A program made the position numbers and the translations under genes. A DNA stretch of 64,000 bases. Origin: Cetorhinus maximus. Lineage: Eukaryota. The notes beneath the pieces were generated by a model, which worked only from the letters and a program-made list of their open reading frames with translations, was not told the DNA's origin and made no database searches. Each line of letters starts with the position of its first letter. Position 1 is the stretch's first letter. The DNA lies in NCBI RefSeq assembly GCF_964194155.1, contig NC_135909.1, positions 11,408,001 through 11,472,000 on the forward strand, given 5' to 3'. This document shows, piece after piece, positions 38,580 to 51,630 of this stretch.

Positions 38580-41500
38580 CTTCAATCTCAATTTCACACA
38601 GAAATAAACCAAATCCCTTCCGTCCGCTCATTATATAGACAGTCTGACAGATATATGCTAATGAGGAATGGGAGAACAATGATTCTGATTGGACATATTT
38701 AAAACAAAATACGTATTCTATTTTTGTGATTTTGTGAATGGATAGATCAATGGACCAATCATATTTAGCTTTCTCCACCAATCATAAGCCTCCTTACTAC
38801 AATCAGGAAATACATTTTACAAAGCCCCTCTCCAGCCGGAGTTTCTCAGTGTGTAAAGATCCACCAGGAAATGTCGCCTGGTTGTCGGTGCGAGGGACTG
38901 TATAGGAATGTGGGGTTCCTTCAGGAATTTTGAGGCTCTGGTAATGTGCGTGATTTACTCACTGTCTGATGCTGTGTGTGAGTGTGGGGTTCCTTCACTG
39001 TTTGGAAGGCCGTGGTACAGTGTGCGAGGGCTGGATTTATTCTGTATCTGTGACTTGATGGGACCATGTCTCAATGTTGGATTAATTTGATATCCTGAGG
39101 CTCATTGTGCATCTGTCCGTTATTGATGCATGTAAATGAAATAATTCGATTCTTGGGACTACACGCCAGTGCGAAATTAAATCAGTATGTGTTTCTCTCC
39201 GCCACGAAAATTATTGGATTTATTCTGTACCTGTCAGTCTCTGTAACTGTATGTTAATGATTTTTTTTATTTGTCAGTATCTGGCATTGTAGGTCAGAGT
39301 TGTATTGATTCGATGTCTTTCAGTCTGTGGTACTATCTCTGAGTCTGAACTTCTCATTCACTGTCAATGTCTGATAATGTGTGTGAATGTGAGATAAACT
39401 CTGTAGCTGTCAACATCCGTTGCTGAATGGGAGTGTGAAATTCAGTCTGTATCTGTCAGTCTCTGGTACTGATTCATAGTGTGTGATTCATTCGCAACAG
39501 GCCCATCTGTTGCAATTTTTGACAGAAGTAATCCCACTGTCACATAGAGCACCAAAGACTGTTAAATGTATAATTTGCCTCAATGGATAGTATTGGATAT
39601 GAGTGAGATCAATTCTCTCTCAATCAGTGGCACTGTATGGGAGCTTGCAATTCATTTTGTTTCTGTTGGACTCTGGTACCCTGTGTAAGCGTTGATGCCA
39701 TTTTGTAACTCAGTGCCGGATGTCTTCAGAAATCAAGGATTCATTTTGTCTCTATTAGTCCCTGGCTCTGAGATTCCTCTGTGTTTCTTAGGTTGTGGTA
39801 CAGTGTGAATGTCAGATTCATTCTGTATCTCTACATCTCTGGGACAATTTGAGAATCACCCTGTATCTATCAGTGAGTGTGCTTTGTGTGATGTGGGATT
39901 CATTCTGTATCTGTCACTCTCTGGCACTGTGGTGAATGTGGGATTTTTTTTTATGTATGTCTTTCAATCTCCAGTACATTGTGACTGTGGAATTCATTCT
40001 GTATCTGACAGTCTCTGGCACAGTGTGCATGCTGGGATTCATTCTGTGTTAGTCTCTTTTTTACTGTGCATGTATTGGTCTTCATACTGTATGTTTCAGT
40101 GTCTGGTGTTGTGTAAGATTTGCTGAGTAGTCTCTGGTGCTGTATTTTTTTAATTCATGAGATCTGGGCTACGGTGGCTTGACCAGCATTTATTGCCCAT
40201 CCCTTGTTGCCCTTGAGAAGGTGGTGGTGAGCTGCCTTCTTGAACCATTGCAGTCCATGTGTTGTGGGTGCACCCACAGTGCAGTTAGGAAGGGAGTTCC
40301 AGGATTCTGACCCAGCGACAGTGAAGGAAGAGCGATATAATTCCAATTCAGGATGGTGAGTGACTTGACTGTATGTGAGAGAAACAGTTATTGTTTAGTT
40401 GTCAGTCTTTAATGCTGCATGTGACTCTGGGATTGATTGTGTATCTGTATCTAATATTTATCTCAGGAATAGTGTTCAAAATGCTAAGTTTAACACATTC
40501 AAATATTTAGGAAAGTAGATTTATCATCCCCATCCTTACCTTGTCTGGCTTATATTGGATCCTAGGACCAAGCACAGCAATGAAGTTGACTCTGAACTTC
40601 CATCTACAATTGCTGTGTAAACGACGCATTTGTATTCAAAAAGGCAGCTCACCACTACCTACCCCACGGCAATTAGGAATGGGCCCATATCGCATGAATG
40701 AATAAAAAAGCTCACATCTCCTACAGTAACCAATTATCACTAACACTCTAGATGATTGTCAGAATTGGGCCTACCTGAAAATATCTCCACTTCAGAGTTA
40801 AGTTCACATTTTCATATCAGGCTGACTATCTTTATTTTTAACCGAGCAGTCTTATCAAGTGCCCTTTATATGCATAAATGTTAAAAAGTGTCAGAATTAT
40901 CAACTGCTCTTTAGACCTGTAATTATATGACCTTGTGTTGTGAGTGAGGAGATTCCCCACTGGGTCGTGCAAAACAGGAATCTGGATGGAAATTAATTCC
41001 AATGGAAATCAGGTAGAATACAAGTCTGAATTTCTGATTTACATCCTCAGTAGATCAGGCTTCTCGCTGGGAGTATGAATTTGCAAAGTGGTGTTTAAAA
41101 CCGTACAAACCACGGTAGATCCCTCCTCATTTGCTAAGGTAAATCCAATGAAAGCAGTTATACTTCAGTCAGAGAATTGAGATGGGTACCAGACACAGCT
41201 CAGGGCAACTAAACCTGCTATCAGAGAGTGTAAAGGGTAATGGAGAAGAGGATGGCAGATAAGTAAATCCCAATATGGAGTTATTCATATTGCAGTTGAA
41301 ACCTCATCAGTAATAAGCGTTGCCTTAGAATAGCTGTGTCTATTAACCTTGGGAAAGGATGGATGTTGAGTGGATATGATCGATGTCTATAAAGAGAAGC
41401 AATTGTGTCCATGTGAATAGATAATTTGAGCTCATTGGACAAGAGAGAAATTGAAAAAGAACAGAAGGAAAATTAAACAGGCCTGTGGGGAAGAATATGT

Positions 41501-41989
41501 CAGTGGGAGCAGCTCAGCTGCTCTCGAATAGAGCTGGCACAGATACTATGGGCCAAATGGCCTCCCTCTGCTGTATCAATTGTGAGATTCTGTTCTATGT
41601 ATTATGAGTGTAAGTCTGACCTATGTTTAACATAAAATGTGTTTTAACTGGAGTTAATGGAGATGTGGGTTTTAATCAGCTATTATGTCAGAGTTTTGGA
41701 TTAAAATTCCATTTCTGTGAACACAATCCTGAATGTCTGTATATCATACAATCTGATACATTGGCCAGTGTGTAAGATCTGCTTCATCTAGTTTGTTGAT
41801 ACTCTGAGGTTTGGGGAGTGTTCTGCAATGCATAGTTCAATCTGCAGTCTGGGTACAATATTGGGAGTCATGCAGTATCTTCCAAGCAGGTACTGTTTGC
41901 CTGTTCTGTTTGTCATTTAATGTGTATTTAAGGTTCTCCTTTTGTTTTGGTAACACAGTGCCTTGCAATCTGAGGGGGTGTGTAATTAT

Positions 41990-43120
41990 ACTCAGCGATT
42001 TGCAAAGGTCCCACACAGGAGATTATTACACAAAATTAGAACTTGTGAATGGGGATCAAACATTAGCATGGATCAAGGATTAGTAAATGGACAGAAAACA
42101 GTGTAGGAATAAACAGGGCACTTTTGGATTGGTAGGCTCTAACTTACTCTTGATAATACATGACCATCAGTTAGTTACAATATATATTGATGACTTAGAT
42201 GGGCACTGAATGGAACATATTCAAGTTTGTTGATGATACAAAATTGGGTGGAAAATTAATCTGTGAGAAGGACACAAAAAAGCTGCTAAGGCATTTAGAC
42301 AGGTTGTCTGAGTTGGCAAGAACATTGCAGATAGAATACAATATGGTGGTGTGAATGTGCCCAGTTTGTAGTGAGAAAAAGAACATGTGTGAATGTGAGA
42401 GACTGGAACATGTTTGCACTCAGAGGGAGCTGGGTGTCCTTGTACATGAATTACAGAAAGTTAATCTGCAGGTACAGCAAGCAGATAGGAAGGGAAGTGT
42501 TATGTTCACGTTTGTTCCAAAGGATTGGATTATAGGAGTGAAAAATGTTCCAATTATACAGGACACTGTTGAGACTACACCTGGAGTACTGTGTGCAGTT
42601 TGGTCTCCTTACATAAGGAAGGGCATGGTTGCTCTAGAGGGAGGGCAATAATTGTTCACGAGATTGGTTCCTGTAAGAAGTGGATTTTTTTATGAGTAGA
42701 TAGAGTAGACTAGCTCTATATTCCCTGGAGCTTAGAAGAATGAGCGGTGATCTAAATGAAACATTTTAAACTGTTAAGTGGATTGTCAGGGTAGATGCTG
42801 AGAAAATGGTTCTCCTGGCTCTGGAATCTAGAACATGTGGTCACCATCTCAGATCACAGCATTGGCCATTTTGTAATAATATGAGAAGAAATGTCTTCAC
42901 TGAAATTGTTGGGAATCTCTGGAATTCTCCACCCCAGAGTGATTTGGAAGCTCAGCCATTGAGTATGTTCCAGACAGAGGTCAATAGATTTTGGATGCTC
43001 GGGATATAAGGAGAGTGCAGCAAAGTGGAGTTGAGGTAGAACATCAGTCTTAATGAATGTTGGAGTAGGTCGAATGGCCAAATAGCCAACCCCAGCTCCT
43101 ATTTCTGAAGGTTTTATGCA
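41990..43120 (+). mobile_element. 5'-truncated CR1 LINE
   Basis: ttcaagtttgttgatgatacaaaa (FKFVDDTK), ELGVLV, CAVWSPY and a CR1 tail. Confidence 0.8.
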
Positions 43121-44189
43121 TCAGTCCATCTATTCTGCTCAATGTGAGATTCAGGTTCATTCTGTACCAGTCAGCCTCTGGTTCTATGTGTAAAGGTGGG
43201 AGCAATTGTATGTCTGTCAGCACCTCGCACAGGATGTGAATGTGTGATTCAATCTGTATCTGTGATTCATTCTCAATTTGCCATTCTATTAGTATTCAAT
43301 TTGAATATGTCATTTGTATCTGTCAGCATTCGGTACTGTACATGTGAGAGATTCATTCCATATCTCTCGGACTTTGTAATGTGTGACTGTGGAATTTACT
43401 CCATATTTACCACTCCATGATACTGTGAGTGTTTTCTCCTTATGTAACTGCCAGTCTTTGGTAATTGGTGTCTGATTATGTAACCGTGAAGCTTTGATCT
43501 GTTTGTGTGAGTGTTTGTGTTTTATGTGATTTTGTAACTATCTTTCACTGTCAGTGCTACTTTATGTCTGTGTCAGATAAATGGAATATTATTCAGACTC
43601 AGGAATTTTGAGTGTAGTATTTAGTATGTATCTGCCAGTTTCTGGTACTGGATATGTCGTTGATAATCATTCTGAATCTGTCAGTCACTGCTACTCTGAC
43701 AGTGTGGGATTCATTGCATATCCTTCAGTTTCTGAGACTGTTTACAAGACTAGGTTCAGTCCATGTTGAAATTTCAGAACAGAAACAGGCCACTGATGCT
43801 GTAGGTTTCAATAAAGTAATTGTGAGTTTGACCTAGTATTAAATCCCTTTCTGCGTGAACACACTTGTGAAAGCTCAGGTATCTTTGGATCTAACACTCC
43901 ATTGCTGTGTAAGTGTAATTCACTTGGTAATAATCAAATTGATACATTTTCATTCAAGCAGCCTGTGAGAATTTTGAACTTGCCTGTTGTGCTCAGTTTG
44001 CTCTGTGAGACTGAATACAGTATCTGCCATTCTGATACTCTGAGCTTTTCAGACTGGTATGTGGTCTCTATCTCAGTCTGTACGAATCAAATTGTTATTG
44101 TACCTTGAGGTTAAAAGTCTAGGTGAGTTTCAAACTTGAATCTGAGTTTGCAGCTGAGGTTATACTATATTTCAATGGCATTTCAACAC

Positions 44190-45330
44190 TCCACCCTGCT
44201 CTCATGCCCACATGTCCGTCCTTGGCCTGCTGCATTGTTCCAGTGAAGCTCAACACAAACTGGAGGAACAGCAGCTCATCTTCTGACTAGGCACTTTACA
44301 GCCTTCCGGACTGAACATGGAGTTCAACAATTTTAGATCATGAACTCTCTCCTCCATCCCCACCCCCTTTCCGATCCCCCTTTTTTCCAATAATTTTATA
44401 TAGATTTTTCTTTTCCCACCTATTTCCATTATTTTTAAATGTATTTCCATCCATTGTTTTATTTCTACCTTTTAGCCTATTTCGATCCCTTCCTCCCACC
44501 CCACCCCCACCTAGGGCTATCTGTACCTTGCTCGCCCTGCTTTCTACCCTTAATGTCACCAACTAGCACATTCCTTTGATAATATCACCACCTTCAACAC
44601 CTCTTTGTCCTTTTGTCTATCTCCTCCCATCACTGGCCCTCTATCCAGCTCTACTTATCCCAACCCCCCCAACCAGCTTTTATTTCACCTCTTTTCTATT
44701 TTTCCTTAGTTCATTTGAAGAGTCGTACGGACTCGAAACGTTAAGTGTGTTCTTCTCCGCAGATGCTGTCAGACCTGCTGAGCTTTTCCAGGTATTTTTA
44801 TTTTTGTTTTGGATTTCCAGCATCCGCAGTTTTTTGCTTTTATTCAAGGCCTTTCTGTTGTTTGCAGGCCCTTAAGGCTGTGCAAGGTTCATCTGGTAAA
44901 CTTCTACTGCCAATGTGCTTGGAGATTTTAAGTAATTCATTCCCTTTCAATAAGTTCTTAGTGTACCCCTAGATTGCCCCTAATAATTACTGTATCCCTT
45001 TATTTCCCCCTAACATCCCCGTTAGCACATCATTTAGATAATATCACTACCGTCAACACCCCTTTGTCCTTTTGTCTCTGACGTCTTTGGCAATCTCTTC
45101 TTGGCCTCCACCTATCACTGGCCCCCTATCGAGCTCTACCTGCCCCACCCCCTCAACCAGCTTATATTTCAGCTCATTTCTACATTTTTTAGTTCTGATG
45201 AAGGGTCATACGGACTCGAAACGTCAACTGTATCCCTCTCCGCAGATGCTGTCAGACCTGCTGAGTTTTTCCAGGTATTTTTGTTTTTGTTCTAGATTTC
45301 CAGCATCCGCAGTATTTTGCTTTTATCAGA
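44190..45330 (+). mobile_element. Penelope-like 3' end: GIY-YIG C-terminus followed by tandem terminal repeats (~44545-44845 and ~45020-45330)
   Basis: HAHMSVLGLLHCSSEAQHKLEEQQLIF...; two direct copies ending cagcatccgcagt...tgcttttat. Confidence 0.88.
45191..45229 (+). ncRNA. Minimal type I hammerhead ribozyme motif (Penelope type), intact core
   Basis: agtt-CTGATGA-A-GGGTC-atacg-GACTC-GAAA-CGTC-aact: stems I and II pair, palindromic ACGT stem III, GUC cleavage triplet. Confidence 0.85.
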
Positions 45331-45339
45331 AATGTTTAT

Positions 45340-45900
45340 TGTTGCTTTGTGGAGAGAAAGCAGCAATGATTTTCAATAACAGCTTCTTGCCATTCTGTCT
45401 CCCTCCTCCCAGGAGGCTGCTGTTTGTTCCCTTCCCCCGGGAGCGGGATCTCTCCATTGGCGGCTGTTTGAAACCATCTTCTTCCAGTCCCAGGCAGAGC
45501 TGGGGGAGAGCAGCACATCACTGCCTTTAACAAACACTTGGATCTGCACTGAGCTGCTGGGACTGACAGAACTCACGGAGCAAGAGCTGGAAAGTGACGT
45601 GAGGCTGGATCAAACTATTTGGGGGCTGGTGTCGACACGATGGGCCGAATGTCCTCGTTCTGTGCCGGATATGTTCAATATTTGTGTTTCCGGAATGTGT
45701 GCAGCATTCTGCGCATGCGCGCTGCCCTCCCCAGCACTGCCTGTGAGTGGTAGAAGATGGTTTCAAACTGCCGCTAATGCAGAGACACATTTTAAACAGC
45801 GGCTGTTTGCTTTCGCTTGAACGGTTAGTCCATGGGAGCGGCAAATAGAAATCTGACCTACACAATAGTCCCTGCTCCGTCACTCAGTCCCACTCCTGGA
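45340..45900. promoter_or_regulatory. Promoter-like segment with NRF1 site TGCGCATGCGC (45710-45720); related to 7790-8010 and 61140-61800
   Basis: Shared ttcttgccattctgtctccctcctcccag...ggctgctgtttgttcccttcccccggga block and NRF1 motifs. Confidence 0.45.
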
Positions 45901-48900
45901 GCAGTGGATTGTTTCTGGATGGCAGGAAATTGTTGTAACAGGAACAAAGTCCCTGGTGTTTAGCAGCTGAGTGCTGCAGGACTGCAGTGGATTCAGACAC
46001 TGACCCTGTTTGTCTTACCATTTTTTATTCATTCACGGGATGTTGGCTTCACTGGCTGGGCCAGCATTTATTGCCCATCCCGAGTTGCCCTTGGGAAGGT
46101 GGTGGTGAGCTGCCTTCTTGAACCTCTGACTTTGCGGTTGTTCGGAATGATTATTAATTTAATAATTGTTTTGGTTTCTTTGTATCTTCTACTTCACCTC
46201 TTCTTAAGTTATAATTAACAATGTTTTTCCTTCTGATATGCAAATACTTGAAAGCAGCAGAATAAATGTTGTGATTCTACAACACAAGGGGAAGTGCAGT
46301 CAGCTCCTCACACACAGTAAGTACAGTGTCACTCACAGGGAGCAGAGGTGGCCAAGAGGTTAACTTGGTGGAGTTCTGATCCATTGTACTTTGCAAGCAC
46401 AGGCACCAAGTCCAATTTTAGTTTATGGTTCACTAGGCTGGTTGGTGAAGATTTAATCTAAATTGGCAGAGGTTGGTCACCATCTTACAGAAGTACCAGA
46501 AAGAACTAAGGACAGACAGGAGGGAGAGTGATGGATAATACTGGAGAAGGAAGCGATGCCATATTAGATAGAGGCAGATTAAGAAGCACTATGAGGAATG
46601 CAAAGACCAGTTTACAATGCATGTATGTAAACACACAGTGTGATAAATGAGGTTGATGAGCTTGAAGGACAAATGGCAATGTGGGAATATGATGTAGTGG
46701 CAATGAAGGAAACGTGGTTTAAAAAGAGGGAGGACTGGGTGCTGAATATTTACAAATATGGTTTTCAGAAAAAGATCGAGAAGGAAAAAGTGGAGGTGAT
46801 GGTGGCAGCATTGATCAGGGAATCAGTCTTAGCTGCAATTACATTATTACCAGATAAAACTGAAAGATACAAACTCAGATTCTAGTTTGAAACTCACCCA
46901 AATTATTAAACTAAGGGATACTGTATCAAAATGATTAGTACAAATTGAGATACAAATCACAGAGCAATCTGAAAAATCCACACTGTATCAGACTGATAGA
47001 TGTTGTATTAATTCTATCATTGCAAATTGAGCTCAACAGCCAAGTTTAAAATTCTCACTCAGAAACAGATTGAATGACACAGCGTTAATTTGATTAGTAT
47101 AAACTGAGTTACACTTGCATAACAATGGAGTTTCACATACAAGAATTACACAAAATGGGATTTCATTTGAGGCCAAACTTGCAAATATTCCATTAAACCA
47201 ACAACATCAATTGCTTATTCCTGTACTGACATTTCAACATGGAATGAATCTAGATTGGTAAACAGTCCATGAAACTGAAGGTTATGTAATGAATCCCACA
47301 CTGTCACAGAGCAGCAGAGACTGACAGATTCAGAATCATTATTGAGCACATGTCCATTACCAGACACTGACAAATGCAGTCTGTTACTACACTCACTCAC
47401 AATACCTGAGCCTGAATGACACCAATCAATCTGACACACACATATGGTACCAAGGAAAGTCAGAAATAATCACAAATTCACAATTAAAGGATGCTACTTA
47501 CAGACTGATTCTCAGATTTGCATACAGGACTACTGAACTATATTAACATAATCTAAATAATCCCACATTCAGACCCAGCAGCACTCCTGACAGAAACATA
47601 ACAAATTCCATATTCACCTGCAGCACCAGAGTTTGACAGAAGGATAATCAACATAATTAAGCACACCTAAACTTGCACGCACATGCACACACACACAGTA
47701 TTACTGTCACAGCACACATTGAGGTTCAGCCCTTTGCGTCTACATCAGGCTTCAAATGAGTGATACATCTAGTGTCATTCCCCACCTTCTGCCCACAACC
47801 CTGCACATTCTTCCTTTTCAGATAATAATCCAATTCTCTCCTGTCTACCTTGATTACATCTGCCTCTAGCAGTGTCAGGACCCACTTCTGAGATCTTAAC
47901 CACTCACTGCATGAAAAAGTTTCTCCAAAAAGTATCCATCGCTTCTGTCAATTACCTTAAATTTGTGCCCTCTGGTCTTTGACCCATCCAGTAGTTGGCA
48001 CAGTTTTTCTCAATCTGGTGTGTCCAGACTCATCATAATTTTGAATACCTCTATCCTCTCCTCTCAACCTTCACTCCTCTGAGGAAAATGGCCACTACTT
48101 CACCAACTAAGTAACTGAAATTCCTTATTCTTCACAATGTGACTCACTTACAGATGCTAAGTGCTACATATAATCATGCGCAGGGCCCTTTTATCTATTG
48201 GCAAAAGGAACATGTCCAGGCATTGTGCCTATGTTGAATTAAACAAAAACATGCAGGGCAATAGTCCCCTGGTGAATTCTTCATGACAACACCTCGAACA
48301 ATTGGAGTCAACTTGCCAACCAATCAGCACCCCTTTTCTCATGCAGTATAACTTCTTCATCTTTTGACTTATTTTAACTCTTTTCATCAAAGATTGAGAG
48401 CAACAGAATAAACTCCACATTCATAAAGAACTGGACACTGGGAAGTCCCCAACAAATCCAACACGTTTCCAGGCACTGACACATACAGAATGAAGTCCAA
48501 GGCACTCACAGCACCAGAGATACACAGAAACAGAATAAATCACACACTCACTGACAGTGCCAGAGATAGACAACTGCAGAATGAATCGCATGTCTCACAC
48601 AGTGGAACTGACTGATAGGTACAGAATGAACCTCAAACAGTCTCAGAGATGTAGAGATGGAGAAAGAATCTGAAATTCACACGGTACCACAAACTTACAC
48701 ACACACAAAACATTCATGAACACACGTTCAGAACTTAGGTTTGATAGAGACAAATGAATCCCACAATCGTGCACAGCATCAGGAATTGAGAGTTGCAGAA
48801 TGAATCTAACACTCGGACAGAGTCCAGGAGCTTGACAGAGACAAAATCAATCTTATTCTCACATATAGTATTGCCACCTGGCAGAATTAAACCAACTCTC

Positions 48901-49129
48901 ACAAACATGCTACTGATTTACAGAATTAATCCCACTCTCAAGAACATTACCACAGACTGTCAGAATTAACCCCACATTCACATGTGGTATCAAAGACTGA
49001 CAGAATGAATCCTGCTTTCACATACAGTACCACCACCGGACAGAATTAATCTCACTCTCATCTGCCGTACCACAGATAGGCAGAACTAATCTCACTCATA
49101 CATACAGTACCAAACAGAATGCAGCTGAT

Positions 49130-51630
49130 CAAGCTGGCTAAAGACTTGAGTTTGGTGAGGGGGGAGATGTAAGTGTTAATTTTGTTCTTAAATTTTGCCC
49201 TTAAAATCTAATCTAGTCTCTAATTAGGAGTAACTGGAAAGTACTGTGTAAACAGGCTAAATTCTTTCTTTCAGTTCAGACAGAGTAAACTCATTCTCAG
49301 CTGTAGGAGTTGATTAGTTAATTAGCTAACTGGTTCAATCTGGTTACTGTTGCCCCAGTTCAGCTTACTATAAATTCAGGGTTCTTTAGTGCAGCCAAGG
49401 CAAACTGAGTGCAGCTGAGCTAACTGAGTGAAGACTTGGAGCTCGGTGAGATTGGAGCTCGGTGAGATTGGAGCTCGGTGAGATTGGAGCTCGGTGAGAT
49501 TGGAGCTCGGTGAGATTGGAGCTCGGTGAGATTGGAGCTCGGTGAGATTGGAGCTCGGTGAGATTGGAGCTCGGTGAGATTGGAGCTCGGTGAAGGGTGG
49601 GGAAGGAAAACAGGTAATTGTTCCCTTCTTCTATCCTTCTCACCCCATAGGAATTGGTTCTTGCTCTAATACAGGGAAAGGAGCTAGCTGTTTGCTGAAT
49701 ATCCAGTAAGTGTGTAAGGTTGATTCTATCCCTAAGGTTTAAAATAGTACACAAATTTGTGGTATAGAAAATAAAGTATATAAGAAAGTAACATAAATAA
49801 CTGAATAACATAAATAAGTAATTATTTAAAACACATTAAGGATGGCATGATAGGTGACGTGTCCAAGCTGCAGCATGTGAGAACTCCTGGATAACATTGT
49901 GATCCAGACGAAATGTCTACAGTAAATGTTCGCGGCTGGAGGAAATTCAACTCAGATTCATTGAGCTGCAGACTCTGTGACACATCAGCGAGAGGGGAAG
50001 TTTCCTTGATGCTTTATATCAGGAGGCAGTCACACATCTTAGAGTAGGGTCTTCGGATATGGTCAGCGACAGGAGGGTGTGACTGCGAATGAGGCAGGTA
50101 ATGGGACCCAGAGGGCAGGAGTGTGAGCCTCTGCAATGGTCCAATAGGTTTGATGTTCTCCCAGCTTGTTTGGATGAGGGCAGTGGCTGCAGATTAGATG
50201 AGCAAACTGACCATGGCACCGTGGTACAGGAAGCCATTCAAGTTGGGGGAACATTAAAAGGAATGTAGTGGTAGTATGGGGCAGTATATTGAGTGGGAAT
50301 GGCACTGTTCTCTGTAGCAAAGAGCGAGAGTCCAGACGGCTCTGTTTCCTGACTGGTGCCAGGGTTTGGGACATCCGTTCAGGGCTGGAAAGCAACTTGC
50401 AGTGGGAGGCGGAGGATCCAGTGATCATGGTCCATGTAGGGATCAACAACATGGGCAGGATGAGGAAGGAGGCTCTGCATAGTCAGTATGAGGAGCTAGG
50501 CACAAAATTAAGCAGCAGAACCTCAAAGGATTATTACCTGAGCCATGTTCAAACTGGTATAGGACAAATAAGATTAGAGAAATGAATGCAAGCCTCAAAG
50601 ACTGGTGTGGGAGAAGTGGGTTCCAGTTTATGGGCCACTGGCACCAGTTTTGGGTGTTCTTTCAGATTTTTCTGTACCGTTGTGGTCTGCACCTGAACTG
50701 TGCTGGGGCTGGTGTCCTCACAAGCTGCATAACTAGGGAAGTAGAGAGGGTTTAAAACTGAATAGTGGAAAGGATCACATTTTCAAAAAGTAGAGACAAG
50801 GCAAGAAAGAAAGGTATTAATATGAGAAGTGGTAAACCGACCATGACAGGAAAGGAGAAATAGCATAAATCTAAGGGTAAATCAGCAGATAAGCCTTGTA
50901 GCTACAGAAATAATAAAAGGACAAAACTAAAGGTTCTGTTTTCAAACACATGTAGCATTTGAAACGTAACAAATTAACTGATAATATAAATAAATAAGAA
51001 TGATCTGATAGCCATCAGAGAGGCACGGCTACAGGGTGACATAGTTTGGGACCTGAATATTGAAGGGTGTGTGATATTTAGGAATGAAATATGTCAGGAA
51101 AAGGTGTAGGGGTGGCTCTGTTAATTAATGATGGTATTAGCACATTAGAGAGGGATGACCTAAATTCAGAAATCCAGGATGATTAAGGTTTGGGTTGAGA
51201 CGTGAAATGACAAAGGCAAGAAGTCACTTGTGGGACGGGTGACTATTTACCTGCACGGTAGAACAGAGTATAAAAGAAGAGATCATGGGAGCTTGTCAGA
51301 CAGGTACAGCAATAATGATGGGGGATTTCAATCTACATATCCACTGGGAAAATCAGATGGACAAACGTAACGTAGATGAGGAGTTCATAGAGTGTTTTTG
51401 GGATTCTTTCTTAAAACAGCACATTCTGGAGCCAACCAGAGAGCAGGGTATTCAAGACCTGGTATTGAGTAACGAGACAGGATTAAATAAGAGCCTCATA
51501 GTGAAGGTACCTCTAGGTAACAGCGTTCATAATATGATTGAATTTTACACTCATTTTGGATGGAGAAATCAGTGCATCCATGACGAGTATTTTCAACTTA
51601 AATGAGGGCATGAAAGCAAAGTGAGCTAAA
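49130..51630 (+). mobile_element. CR1 LINE 5' part (5'UTR, ORF1, APE)
   Basis: LCFLTGARV, MVHVGINNM, IMMGDFN, LEPTREQ, GNSVHN. Confidence 0.85.
49436..49593. repeat. Perfect 16 bp tandem repeat TTGGAGCTCGGTGAGA, ~9.9 copies
   Basis: Directly visible, no mismatches. Confidence 0.97.
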
